DNA from: Octopus bimaculoides
Taxonomy: Eukaryota
Direction of reading: 5' to 3'
Assembly (NCBI RefSeq): GCF_001194135.2
Contig: NC_068998.1
Coordinates: forward strand, 32,327,361 to 32,391,360
Length of the DNA stretch: 64,000 bases
Shown here: positions 40,581-53,779 of the stretch, piece by piece
Numbering within the stretch: position 1 is the stretch's first letter
How the letters are laid out: every line of letters begins with the position of its first letter
Program-made: the position numbers and the translations under genes
Notes under the pieces: model-generated
Told to the model about the DNA's origin: nothing
Database searches by the model: none
The model's input: the letters and a program-made list of their open reading frames with translations, nothing else

Positions 40581-41379
40581 TAGGAAAATATTTAAATACA
40601 TATGTATTCGCAAATATATATTAGAATGTCATCATCAGCATTATCATCATCATCATTTACATCTGCTTTCTAATCAAGCAAAAGTTGGAAAGGTGATCAC
40701 AGACTATGTCAGTTCTTGCTGAATTACTGTCTTCTTAGATGGTTCAGAGAACTATGTCTTACTTGAACATTCCATTTCTGGCATGTTTTATATAACTGAA
40801 TGCATTTTCTAACCATATCCACTTTATAAAATTCATTTAATCCTGTCACCATCTAAAGAGACTAAGGAGTCCTCTCTGGCCTACATTGTTTCTTTCTGTT
40901 TGTCAGCCACTGTACAGTATGCTTTTATTGTGGAAAACACATATATTGTCTTCTAAGAAAACTAAGGAAATCTCTCTAGGTAGCCAAAGCAAACATAATC
41001 AAGAATATGATTAGAAGAGTGATAGCCAGAGTGTGAAAGAGAAGAGAATATGAATATGAGTATGACGGGGGTGGGTGGGAAACACAGAGATGGGATGATA
41101 TGTGAGAAGGAAAATATAGAAGACACAGTGTTGCCTATATGGTGGTTGGTGGTACTTGGCTGGAGGTTAACCAGTAAAAAAAGCATGAGCAGCTTGAAGG
41201 CAAATATGTCATGATTAGAGAATGCAAGTGATGAATAGCAATAAAAATTGGTGATGGTAAGAGTGATGGGGTATTGTAAGAAACACAGTAATAGATATTT
41301 GTTTTTTGTTGGCATAAAGTTGAGTAGAAAGCAGCATGTTCAATGTTAATGGGAATGTAATAAAGATGTATGATAGTAT

Positions 41380-41399
41380 AAGAGAGAGAGAGAGGGAGG

Positions 41400-41433
<34 letters not shown>

Positions 41434-41452
41434 GGGGGAGAGAGAGAGAGGG

Positions 41453-41515
<63 letters not shown>
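41380..41515. repeat. (GA)n microsatellite
   Basis: Direct reading. Confidence 0.95.
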
Positions 41516-41517
<2 letters not shown>

Positions 41518-42725
41518 CGCAACAGATATGATGATGGTAAGAGTGTAAGATATCAACTTAAGACTTATATGGATTTGGGAGAGAATAATGATTAGTGGCA
41601 TAGTGTAGCAGAGGAAGTATAATATATGGAAAGATTTCTTGTCCACCCTCATTACACATGTGTTGTGATGGAAGAGAGGAGTGGAAAGAAGTGGAGTGAT
41701 GGGAGAAAGATAGCTTGAAGATGATAATGGGTGGTAGTAGAGGGATGGGGTACAGACCATCACTTGTTGCACTGAGGGCATGGTATGATGAAAGGAATAG
41801 AGGTGAGGTATAATGAATAAGTAGTAGATAGAGACCATTATATTACTGACCATTTTATCATGATTACCCTAATGAGAATGCGTTCATCTATTATCATTGT
41901 TCTTTCCGTCTTTTTTGTGAATTTCAGCTTCATGAGGTCTATTTTCACCAGTTCAACCCATGTCTTCCCAGGTCTTCATTTTTCATAAGTTCCATTTATT
42001 TCAAATGCTTAGCATTTCTTTACACAGTATACATCTTCCATATATATGTCAAACATTCATCAGCAGCACAGCCTTTAGTACACTACATATGATTTCTCTT
42101 ATATCCATCTTTTCTGACAGATCATTTGTAATTTATCTTCCACACACACTAATATTACACATCCATTAGAATATGCTTGCTTCATTTCCTTTACAGTTAC
42201 AAACTATCCACATTCTGGTGCCATGTTTCACTACCATGCATTATTGTACTTCATGTTATACACTCTGGCCTTTATTAATAAAGGAAAACCCTTTAATATA
42301 TGCAAAGGTTATAGTTTTTTAAACTTTTTCCCACCCTACTCTAACTCTGGTTACTATGCTTTTTGTACATCCGTCTCAAACTTGATCCCCTAGGCAACAG
42401 AAGCTGCTAACTACTATTTGCTCCTTCAGATGCACACACCAGTCTAGTATGTGTACACACACTAGATCCATAAACACACATGAACACTAGTGTTATACAC
42501 ACATACATGTATGCATAGCAGATATACAACCACATGCACCAGATACACACATTCACACATGAGATACACACAAGCATATATACACAATGATCTGATGTCA
42601 TCAATGAGTACATACACAAATGCATGTGTGTGTGTGTGTGTGTGTGTATGTGTGTGCAGCAGACGCATGCACATATGAAATGCTTTCTTCACACATCAGG
42701 TATATACATGCACATATACTCATAC

Positions 42726-42895
42726 CGATGATCTGGTGTTGCTTCCACTTCCTACACAGTCTCCACCAACATGCTGTCTGAGCACATGGTTCCAAGAATT
42801 CAGTCTCGAATTTTTGTTATTAACATCTATGTTGATAACATCATATGACCCAAGTTGGTCAATAGCAGCCCAATATCCAGAAGCTATCTTGAACC
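42726..42895 (-). CDS. Candidate 170-nt exon, FKIASGYWAAIDQLGSYDVINIDVNNKNSRLNSWNHVLRQHVGGDCVGSGSNTRSS
   Basis: 56 open codons in non-repetitive sequence ending at a strong donor TCG|gtatgagt. The acceptor is weak (ctaattgaaaag; a second phase-1 AG lies slightly downstream). Phase 1->0. Confidence 0.55.
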
Positions 42896-43034
42896 CTTTT
42901 CAATTAGTTTCTCTAAGCCCGATGAAATAGGTTTGATGGCAGAGCCTATGGAACTTTAGGTTGCATGGAGCCAAATGAAACTGTTATTAGATAAATAAAT
43001 AAATAAATTATATATATAAATATATATACACACA

Positions 43035-44645
43035 TGTACAGTGATGCTGTCAGTAAGGTGAGGTTTGGCAACAAGTACAGTAAGAATTCCGGGTAGAGGT
43101 AGGTGTCCACGAAGGTTCAGTCCTCAGCCTCCTCCTATTTATCATAGTCCTCCAGGCAATAACAGAGGAATTCAAGACAGGATGTCCCTGGGAGCTCGTC
43201 TATGCTGATGACCTTGCACTGATTGCTGAGTCTCTAATAGAACTAGAGGAGAAGTTTCAGGCATAGAAGCAAGGATTAGAATCGAAGGGCCTTAGAGTCA
43301 ATCTAGCTAAAACCAAAGTCCTAATAAGTAGGAAGGCAGACAAACCACAAACCCCTTCAGGTAGATGGCCCTGCTCAATCTGTAGAAAAGGTCTAGGTAG
43401 AAACTCTATAAGATGTATCCAGTGTAAGATATGGACACATAAGAGGTGCAGCAATATCAAAGGAAGGCTAACTGGGAAGATAGTTTTTGTATGTGGCAGA
43501 TGCACAGGAGCAATAAACACCGAAAATGTGCAGAGAACAACTTCTGCCACATTCCAGGGAGAAAAACTACAAGTAGTTGATAGCTTCTGTTACCTAAGTC
43601 AGTAGCTGGAAAGGGTGCGCTGAAAGTGTAGCTGCTAGAATAAGAATAGCCTGGGCAAAGTTCAGAAAGCTCTTACCTCTGCTGGTGACAAAGGGCCTCT
43701 CGCTCAGAGTAAAAGGCAGACTGTATGATGCATGTGTATGAACAGCCATGCTACATGGCAGTGAAACATGGGCCATGACTGCTGAGGACATGCATAAGCT
43801 CGCAAGGAGTCTCCACTGGATGTGTAATGTCAGTGTGCATACTCGACAGAGTGTTAGTACCTTAAGAGAAAAGTTGAACCTAAGAAGCATCAGTTGTGGT
43901 GTGCAAGAGAGACGACTGTGCTGGTCTGGTCATGTGGTGAGAATGAATGAGGATAGCTGCATGAAAAAGTGTCACACACTGGCGGTTGAGGGAACCTGTG
44001 GAAGAGGTAGACCCAGGAAGACCTGGGATGTGGTAGTGAAGCATGACCTTCGAACATTAGGCCTCACCAGGGGTGTAACCAGCCCACTTATGCATACCTT
44101 TCCTTCATTGGGCACTAAACTCTGCCTGCGAAGACCTGTTGAGGCAAGTGAAATTGAAATCGAATCAAATTCAATGACTGACACCCATGCCAATGGAGCA
44201 CTAAGAGCACCATCCAAGTGTGATCATTGCCAGAGCAGCTGACTGGCTTCCATGCCAGTGACATGCAAAAAGCACCATTCGAGCGTGATCGTTACCAGCA
44301 TTGCCTTACTGGCACTTGTGCCAGTGGCATGTGAAAAAAACATTCGTGCGAGGTCGATGCCAGTGCCACTGGACTGGCTCCTGTGCAGGTAGCACATGTA
44401 AAACACCATTTGAGCATGGCCATTGCCAGTACCGTCTGACTGGCCCTCATGCTGATGGCATGTAAAAGCACCCACTACACTCTCAGAGTGGTTGGCGTTA
44501 GGAAGGGTATCCAGCTGTAGAAACTCCGGCAGATCAGATTGGATCCTGGTGCAGCCATCTGGTTCACCAGTCCTCAGTCAAATCGTCCAACCCATGCTAG
44601 CATGGAAAGTGGACGTTAAACGATGATGATGATGATGTTGATGAT
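43035..44645 (+). mobile_element. RTE LINE, 5'-truncated, with 3' UTR and (GAT)n tail
   Basis: Encodes ELVYADDLALIAES, MLHGSETWAMTAED and GTCGRGRPRKTWD (ORF 43748-44242), with frameshifts and stops. Confidence 0.92.
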
Positions 44646-44730
44646 AGACACACATATATATGTTATGTATATATATGTAGTGATGTATATATTTCTGTCT
44701 TTAGGTTGTAAAATTGCGAATTAGCCACTC

Positions 44731-44812
<82 letters not shown>

Positions 44813-44835
44813 TAGATAGATACACACATACATAT

Positions 44836-45455
44836 AGGAAAAATTTAATCATTTCTAACTGTGAATGAGGGTGCTGAGTAGCACCCATATTGCAAGAAAT
44901 AAGAGTTAAAACACTTAAGGCTGCATGAAGTGCACAATATATATACATACACCGACAGAAGAGATTACTGCCATGTGAACAATGCACAGGAGTAGACTAG
45001 TTTCATCTGTTAGTGTGCTTCATAGAGCCTTAAGGGTTTTAACTCTTATTTCAAGCAATATACGTGTTATTCAGCACCAATTAGTGACAATTAAATTTCT
45101 CCTTTATGACTTTATATTGTACCTAGCTGCTTATATGAATTTTTAGTATACATTATAGCAGTTTGCTAAATCAGACATTGATTTATATGATAAATATATA
45201 TACTGACAGATGGATTTAGCCAAAGAACCCGAGCAATGGTGTGGGCACTGCTGACAAGCCTGCAACTAACAGACAAAACTAGTCCAGTACAGTGCTTCTT
45301 GCTTTGCTCATGGGGTAGTAATCTCCCATGTCACTGTATACATATTGTGTGTGTCATGCAATCTTAAGGGTTTTAACTCCTATTTTCAGCACTGTCAGTC
45401 ACAATTAGTGATGATTACGGTTTTATATTACACCTGGCTGCTTATATCAATTTAC
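44836..45455. repeat. Three-arm inverted repeat (foldback-like)
   Basis: 44870-44920 is the inverted complement of 45028-45077. 44836-45001 also matches 45279-45455 in inverted orientation. Confidence 0.8.
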
Positions 45456-45477
45456 ATATATATATATATATATATAT

Positions 45478-45670
45478 GAGTCGCCATGATAGATCGCTGA
45501 CCACGACATTCAAATTTTTTTTTTCTTGTTTTTTTCCTTATTCTTTCTGTTGAAGAGCGTAGCTCGAAACGTTAAAGACTTTCTCTATTCCCGAGCATTA
45601 AACTAATACATCCTTTTGTTGTTTACACCACCTGTCCTCGTCTGTTGTTGTTTCTTTCGTAAATTCTCCC
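45478..45670 (+). mobile_element. Short (TA)n-embedded repeat, probably a Penelope-like terminal fragment / solo pseudo-LTR
   Basis: 193-bp CpG-retaining unit bounded on both sides by (TA)n (45456-45477 and 45671-45690). It contains the hammerhead-like motif. Confidence 0.55.
45542..45578 (+). ncRNA. Variant minimal type I hammerhead-like motif
   Basis: UCUUU-CUGUUGA-A-GAG-CGUAG-CUC-GAAAC-GUU/AAAGA. It has a 5-bp stem I, a 3-bp stem II and a loopless palindromic ACGU stem III. The core has U in place of A6 plus an extra A. Confidence 0.5.
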
Positions 45671-45719
45671 ATATATATATATATATATATCCAAGAAGGG
45701 TAGTTGATCTTTACTGTAT

Positions 45720-47200
45720 TCCATTGTGAAATGTTTTTTATTGTTTTTAATTAATATCTAGGGTTTTGTGATCAACGTTCTGTGTCCTCAGAATGGTGCA
45801 ATCATTGAAGTAAGGATTCCAGCTATGTAATTGATATTCATAGAAGCATTTGCTGTGATTTAGGCTACATTGTTCATTCCTTTAGACTTTTAGATATACT
45901 ATGATCAGTTGGCATAAGTTGGGGTAACTATCATTCCCATTGCAGTCCCTAGTATTTTGTAAATGATGTTTAAAAATTGTTTTGCTAGATGATTTATATT
46001 ATTTCAGTGATGATCCTGTTTCTTATTTGATAAAAATTTTCATCTGAGTGATTTAACCTGTCCATATATTTCAGAATAGGTTTCAGGAGTATGTTGTCAA
46101 AGTTACTGGAGGTGTTTCAATGGTTAGGCCTGCTATAATTGATCTTAATTTAAGATCATTGGAGAATCTTCCATTTATACATATTTAAGTTGTTTTCTTA
46201 CAAACAACATATATTATTTTGCTCTTTTAGAGTTTGAAAGTCTGTAGAAACTGCTGTTTTTGCATTCAAATTTCATTTAGAAGACCTATTTCGTGTTTGC
46301 TAATTTTTTTACGGTAGGTAAATGATGGTACTGAGTTTCTTCATCATTTCTGATTGTTGATAATTGCCTACTATTTTATAATAACCAACAGCCAGTGGTA
46401 CATGCAAATTCCATTGACTGCTTCACAAAATATTATCTTTTAATCTTATCGTTTTGTTGTTATTGTATTTAGTGACAATTACTTGGTTTTTGTCAAGTTT
46501 TCTGTAACAACTGTTCGTTCTTAAGTCCAAATTATGGCTTGTTCTGTCTGGGATTTTTTGCAAGTTATAATCCCTGCATGTTTTGATTTTGCAATCTTTG
46601 GTAATAGGAGATAGTCTGTCTTAAGAGATAGGAGCTTTGGAGTCTTCTAGTTAAGTTGTTACATTGTTTAAATACTCTGGAATTAATGATATTGTTTTTG
46701 TATTCTTAGTGGTTACAATTTTTACTTTTTGATACTTGTACAGTTTGTGAATAGAGTTTGTAGATTTGGCTTTTAGCAGTAATGTGTTAACAGTATACTT
46801 CTTGAATTTCTTTTCATAATTGCTTAATCAATTAACAGTCACCCCTCATTTCTAAAAAAAATGTTAATGTTTCATTTTCACACCTTTTTCTCTCCTAACT
46901 TTAACATTGTTCTTATGTAAAGATCTTCATTTTCCTTTCTTAAATTTCCACTTCTATATATTTATTTTATCAGTTGATTTGAATTTTTGTTTAGTGGAAT
47001 TTCCTTTTGTCGTAATAATTCAGTTTTGACTTTGAAGATGTCAAAAGCCATCTTCTTTCTAAGTTTTCTTTGTGGTTCAACTTCATTATTGATAGGTTTC
47101 ATTTCTAATTTTCTGAGAAGAGCAACTGGTATTGAATTAATCCAGATTTCAAGTATTTCAATTTTGCTGCTTTTTTTTCTACATGTACACACATTATACA
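45720..47200 (-). mobile_element. Penelope-like element RT remnant
   Basis: Decayed motifs appear in the expected order: SNDLKLRSIIAG (~46130-46170), QILGTAMGMIVTPTYAN (~45905-45960) and WNPYFNDCTIL (YxDD-like, ~45795-45825). The N-terminal part is less certain. Confidence 0.75.
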
Positions 47201-50200
47201 TACATACACACAAATATACACACACACACACAAGCATACTGATACTTTCCCAAATCCATCAACTACCATTACAATAATATGATATGGTATAAATCTATAT
47301 GTATATCTGTCTGTCTGACCATCCATCCATCCATCCATCCATATATCATTGCAGCAATGAATGAGAGAATTGGGAAAGTGCCAGATAAAATGCCTTTATC
47401 AGTTCTAATTCTAAGAGGTCGACTTTGCATTTCATCCTTTGGGGACTGATAAAGTTATTACCAAGGAATTGGTTTGGTAAACAATTCCTATACCAATGTT
47501 GGAAGTCTGTATACTTGTTACAAATGAAGATAAAAAATATGCATACAACTATTTTATCTTGATTTTGATTGGATTTAATTTTGAAGTAGCTTGTAATCAT
47601 CTTTTGGGTTCATCAATTATTAGGTCAATGAAAATGCTTCAATCAATACTGAACAGTTTTAATGTTTTCCTTCAAAATTGTAGACCAAAACAGTCACAGC
47701 TCAGAAGTTTTAGTATGCTAACTATGATCATGTTTTATTTATAACTGAAACTATGCAAATACTTTATGTGAGGAAATATTCCTTGGCTGTGCTAAATGCA
47801 AAAAGATTTTTTTTTAAATAATAATTATCATAACTTAGTTACTGTTCATGTTCTCCAGTTTTTAGTTTTAGCCTCAAATAAATTTATTCCAGATTTAAAG
47901 TTGTCTTCCATATCTCAAGTGTCAATAAAACAAAGTAAATGGTCAGATATGTTATAGAAGTGATAACTTGGATTAGAAGTAATAGGTGTTACTACAGCCT
48001 GAAACTAACAATGTATTTGATCAACATTGTTTCTCTGACAATTTCAATTCTCTTGTTTGCATGCTGTTCCAAATTTAGGCCACCAAGCATGCAGCTCTTA
48101 TTTTCTATATAATTAGAAAGTAATCAAAGGAGATATTGTATCTGCATTGTATATATTAAATAACTATATTGAAGCTTACTTGCTTGCTTGTCTCCATTTT
48201 ATTCAATATTGCAAAAAGAGATTGCATAAATATTAGATGTGACCTTTTCTGACCGCCTCATTTTCTTGTACTTAGCTATTCAATGCACTATAGAGATACA
48301 GCGTGATCTGAGGAAAGGGCAAATTATAACATTTTTGTGGGTTACTCTTATATATTGAATTACTTAACACTGTACCGTTGTTTTATTTGTGATGAAAAGA
48401 TAAGCAAAGAGTAAAATATAAATGGTTTCTTTGTTGTTTGAAGGATGAGCATTCTAGTTGAACAATCAACTGAGCTACCTTCTCATTAAATTATAGTGTA
48501 ACTGAGTTTCCACAGAAACTTGTGTATTCTCATAACATGACCTTCAGACATAATCAGTACAAGACCATGTTTGACAAGACTAAAACTAGCCTGTTTTGGA
48601 AAACAGGAATAATCCATGTGATGCACTTCCATACATCTTCTGCTAAAGCAATTTCATACACAGAAAGGGATTGACCTGAAGTTTTGGTAGAGGGCAACTA
48701 ATTAAGTGCTTTATAATTACAAAACAAATATCTTACCTTTTGAACTTGCTTATACTTCTGAGTAAAATAGTCACGCAATCACAGAAACTGATTGGTTTCA
48801 ATTAAGCAACAAATTTAACAACTTGTTCATGCTTTAATAAAGATTTAAAATGAAGTTTAAAGCACTTTGTCTAATAAAATGCAATTATTTATGAAGAGGT
48901 TAGTGTAATTTAATTTTTTTATGGTGAGAAAAAAGCAATAAATATAAAATGATATAAAAATAATTTATTTTTAATAAAGGATTCTTTAATTAACCAGATT
49001 TTGGTCCAGAGAATTAAAGAAGATTAAATCCTAGTTTCAACAGAATTATTTCAGGATTCTTACAAATGATAGCTCCAGAAATATTTGAAAACACCCTACA
49101 TCTCTATAAAACCAACAGAGCCAATTGCTCTACATGCATGTATGTGTATGCTATTACTTTCTTTCCATATCATATCTCTTATTCTCTGAAATTAGGTACT
49201 ACTAGATACATTTTGGTAAAAGTGTGATTTAATCCTGGTGTGCAAATTCCATGATACTTAGTGTATTCTTTGTTTGATTCATTTCATAACTCCTTGTACC
49301 TGTATTTTCCAGATGTAGATTATCTGATTTGTCCACAGTATCATTAGTGTCAGCAATGTATTTGCTCCTTATTAAGGATATTTCCAAGGTCTCTGAAATG
49401 CTGAGACCATTTCCTCATGATGTTAATTTAAATGGAGAAAGAGTCATGAGTTTAATTCCCTTAGAGCTTTATCTTCAAGCCTTTTTATCCATGAAGTAAC
49501 ACTTTTGAGACAAATGGAGGCTGGCTAGATGGCAGAAGTTGGTATCATTGTCTGATGTGCTCTACCTTGGCACCATTTTTATTGTATAGATAGTGATGAC
49601 AGGTCTAACAGAGAGATTTAAAACCTTTGGCAGAATATGGACTCAAAATATGAAGAGCCAGAAAAAAACTATTGCATGCTAACTCATTCAACTTGGAACT
49701 GGCACTTTGTTTAACAACCCAACAGGAATGCAACATTAACCTTAGCAAAATTAAACTAAGAGAGTAGATAACCGGATCAAATACTGCAAGACATTAGTTC
49801 CAATGATGTGATACCCTAACTTCATGCTAAACGTACAGTATAAAGTAAAAATCTTTGATAATGTCTGGGAGATATTTGAATGTCTTTTAGTTTGTAATTT
49901 CAGAATTAACACATTTTCATTTTATATCAATGATATCTGTTGAATGGTAATAACAGTAAAGGTATTGAAATTTATTGCTAGCAAATGGTTCTGATTCCAT
50001 CAAAATTGAAATAACTGTGTGCGTGTGTGTGTGTATGTGCACGTGTGTGTGTGTGTGTGTGTGTGCACGTGTGTGTGTGTGTGTGTGTATGTGCACGTGT
50101 GTGTGTGTGTGTGTGTGTAACATTATTATAAAACCCACAAATTTTGTTAAATACAGCTATCCAGGGTTTCCTTGTCAAAATAATAACTTATTTCACCTGG

Positions 50201-50533
50201 GTAGCTATATATTCAACAAGATTTGTGGTATTTATTATAACATTATCTTTACTCTCTTAGCTGATTGAGTGCTTTTCTACTTGTTGAAGCATTATCACAT
50301 AATTATATATATATATATTTATATGGCTGTGTAGTTAAGAAGTTTGCTTTGCAACCACATATTTTCAGGTTCCCACTGTGCAGAACTTTGGGAAAGCGTC
50401 TTCTATTATATACCCAGACTGACTGATGCCTTATATGAGTTAATTTTTTAGTAGATGGAAAGTGTGTGGAAGCCTGTCATATGCATAAATATATATATAT
50501 TATATACATATATATATATATATATATGTGTGT

Positions 50534-50624
<91 letters not shown>

Positions 50625-50759
50625 AATCATTACCATTATCATCATTTTCAAACCCACGTTTCCATGCTTGCATCATTTGGACAGAATTTATTGAGGTAAA
50701 TTTTCTGCAGTCAGATGCCATTCCTGTCACTAACCTTCACCTTTTTGCAAGTAAGGTAA

Positions 50760-52250
50760 TATTTCTCTATCGCTAGATATGTTTGTACAGAATATTGAAA
50801 ATGAACGACACCACTTGTATGACATCATCATCATCATTGTTTAACATCTGATTGCCATGCTGGACTGGGTTGGATGGTTCAACAGACAAACTCCAATTGC
50901 CTGTTGTGGCATGGTTTCTACAGCTGGATTCCCTTCCTACCACCAACCACTTTACAGGGTGTGCTGGGTGCTTTTTATATACCACTGGTATGGGTGCATT
51001 GATGTAGCACTGGTGTGAATACATTTTATGTAGCTCCAACACCTGCAAAGTACAAGCTTGTATTGATGACAATGATTTTACTTAGCTTAACACATCTTTT
51101 CAAGTAGAGTAAATTGCTGCAACTTGCAGTCCCTTGTCATTTTCTCAGTGAAGCCCAGCCTCTGAAGATCCTTTCTTACCACTCTGTTCCACATCTTCCT
51201 AGGTCTACTCTTTCCAAAAATTCCCTCCACAATTAGAGCTTGGCACTCTTTTAAGCAGCTGTCCTCATCCATATGTATCATATGACCAAACCAGTGCAGT
51301 CATCTCTCTTGTATACAACATCTGATACATCTTATACTCAGTTTCCCTCTTAAATCATTTACACTCTCTTGTGCAGGCACAATAACATTACCCATCCAGC
51401 AGAGCATGCTAACTTCATTTCTTTCAAGCCTTCGCAAGTTCTCTGAATCAAAACCCATGTTTCACTGCCATGTAGCATAGCTGTACATACAGAGGCATCA
51501 TACAATCTGCTATTCACTCTGAGGTAGAGGCCCTTTGTCACCAACAAAGGTTGTAGTTCTCTGATCTTTACCAAGCCCATTCTTATTCTTGGAATTACAC
51601 TTTCAGAACTTGCCCCTCCACTGCTAACTTGCTCTCCGTGGTAACAGAAGCTATCTACTACTTCTAATGATTCTCCTCAAGCATTTGTGGGAGTCTATTG
51701 TTTGCGCATTTTTAGTGCTTGTTGTAGCTGCACATTTGCCACACACAAAGACTATATTCTCTGTTAACCTTCCTGTGATACTGCTACGCCTCTTATGTGT
51801 CCAAAGCTTGTACTGGATACAATGTATGGAGTTTCTACCGAAGGGACTTGTAATTTGTTTGTTGTCTGCTCAATTAACTCAAAGGCCCTGAGATTCGAGG
51901 CCTTCCTTCCACACCAGATATTTCTTCTCTAGGTCAAGTAGTGATTCAGCTATAAGAACAAGGTCATTAGCAAAGAGGAGCTGTCAGGAGCAACTAGGCT
52001 TGAATTTGTCTATTAGGGTCTGGAGGACTAAGATAAACAAGAAGGGGCTGCAAAGTGAACCTTGATGAACTCCTACACCTGTGCACTGAATTCATTGCTA
52101 TACTTGTTTCCAACCTTCACTTTACTGGCAGCGTCCCTGTACATGGCTGGTACAGCTCTCACTAACCACTCATCTATTCTTAGCTTCCACATTGACCATT
52201 AGATAAGTGAACAGAGCTTTCTCCATGTTGACAAAAGCCAAGTACAGAGG
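50760..52250 (-). mobile_element. RTE LINE, 5'-truncated
   Basis: Encodes LQPLLVTKGL...RLYDASVCTAMLHGSETW and GKSRPRKMW. The (CAT)n tail is at ~50823. Same family as the 43-kb copy, in opposite orientation. Confidence 0.9.
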
Positions 52251-53779
52251 TTAATCAGTTACAATGTCAAGGCAGAGAGACACTAAGATTCATACACACG
52301 CATGCACGCGCGCGTGCACGCACACACAAACACACACACACACACACACACATGCTCGGGTTTTCAGTTTCCATCTTCGAAGTCCACTCATGAAGTTTTA
52401 GTTTTCTCAGGGCTGTAGGTTAAGACACTTGTCCAAGATGCCATGCTGTGGGACAGAATTTGAAACCTTGTGGCTGGAAGTAGACTTCTTAACCATACAG
52501 TCATGCCTTTGCCTATAGGCTACACCTACGTGTGTGTGTGTGTGTGTGTGTATCTTTGTGTTTATGGTTGTGTCCTCCATGCACTGCTTGACAGCTGGTT
52601 AACTTCATTAACTCAGCTTTTTTCATTGACCATGCATGTATGACATTCTCCTTCCAGCTCACTTTGCAATTTGAAGAAGTAAATGCAATGCTCCACATCA
52701 AACAAAGCAAAGCTAGATACAAAGACATTCTGTACCTTACAGAATTCTTTACAAAAGCACATAATTAATGGTTGAAGCAATACTCATATTGTTTTCATCA
52801 CTAATGAACACAAAAACAGTATATCTTCTCTCTGCAAGTGCACATATTACACAATAATCAGAATATTTGTCAAGCTCCAGTTAAGCAGACATTAAGTAAG
52901 TACAGGAAAAGATTTGCATTTTGGACATTCCAGATGAAAAAAAAAAATGCTGCATGAGAAATGAAAAAAATACTGAGTACATTCATTTGTTCTTCCATTG
53001 TTCTTTGCATCCTTGCAACTATTGTTAATAAAGGACACTCACTTCCAACTATTGCTACAATTTAATGAAAAAATCTTATGTGTTCTTTGGTTGAAATCTT
53101 CCTCACAGTATTAGTTCAGGTTCTCTTTGGCTGTTCTTTCTGGCTTTCTAAAATAGATCCTTGCAATTTTTTATTTCCTCATCATAAAATAATAGCAATA
53201 AAAATATTTCTTTTCCTTGAATTGTTTTTTAATACTCCATCTTCATTTGAGCATAACTGTTCTCTATCTTTTCATTTGTAGTAACTATCATGTCAAATGA
53301 AGACGTGTATGTATGTATGTATGTATGTATGTACGTATATATGTACGTATGTATGTATGCATGTGTGAATGGGTGCATGCATGCACGTATGTATACATAC
53401 ATACATACATACATACACACACATACAATATTATATATCAAGCAAATATTGCTGTAATGAATGAAATATTCCAAAAGATTTTTAATGAATTGAAAATTCT
53501 TTTGTAGTTTAGAGAAAGAAAGCAAAAACCCAGTGGCAATCATTACTCTTTCCCTCTTACACATACACACATGCAAATACATACATACTCATATGAAATT
53601 GTGCATAGATAATTGTGGTTTCTGTTATTTAAAAATTCTATGCTTCATTTGGAATAAACTTCCAATTAACTGTGTTCATATAGTATGCCATTTAAAAGAG
53701 CAGATTTCAGTCTGTTGACTTCTGTTAATAGCAGGTTTCTTTCTTTATACTTGTTATTTTAGGCTATCAAATTTAAGAT

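Noticed and set aside
44560-44582. CUGAGGA followed by a CUGG/CCAG hairpin on the minus strand
   Set aside because: No GAAA after the stem, so not a hammerhead. It is part of the RTE 3' tail.
49299-49391. Possible 93-nt minus-strand exon (TLEISLIRSKYIADTNDTVDKSDNLHLENT)
   Set aside because: Splicing it after the 55.6-kb exon creates a TAG stop, and the acceptor is modest.
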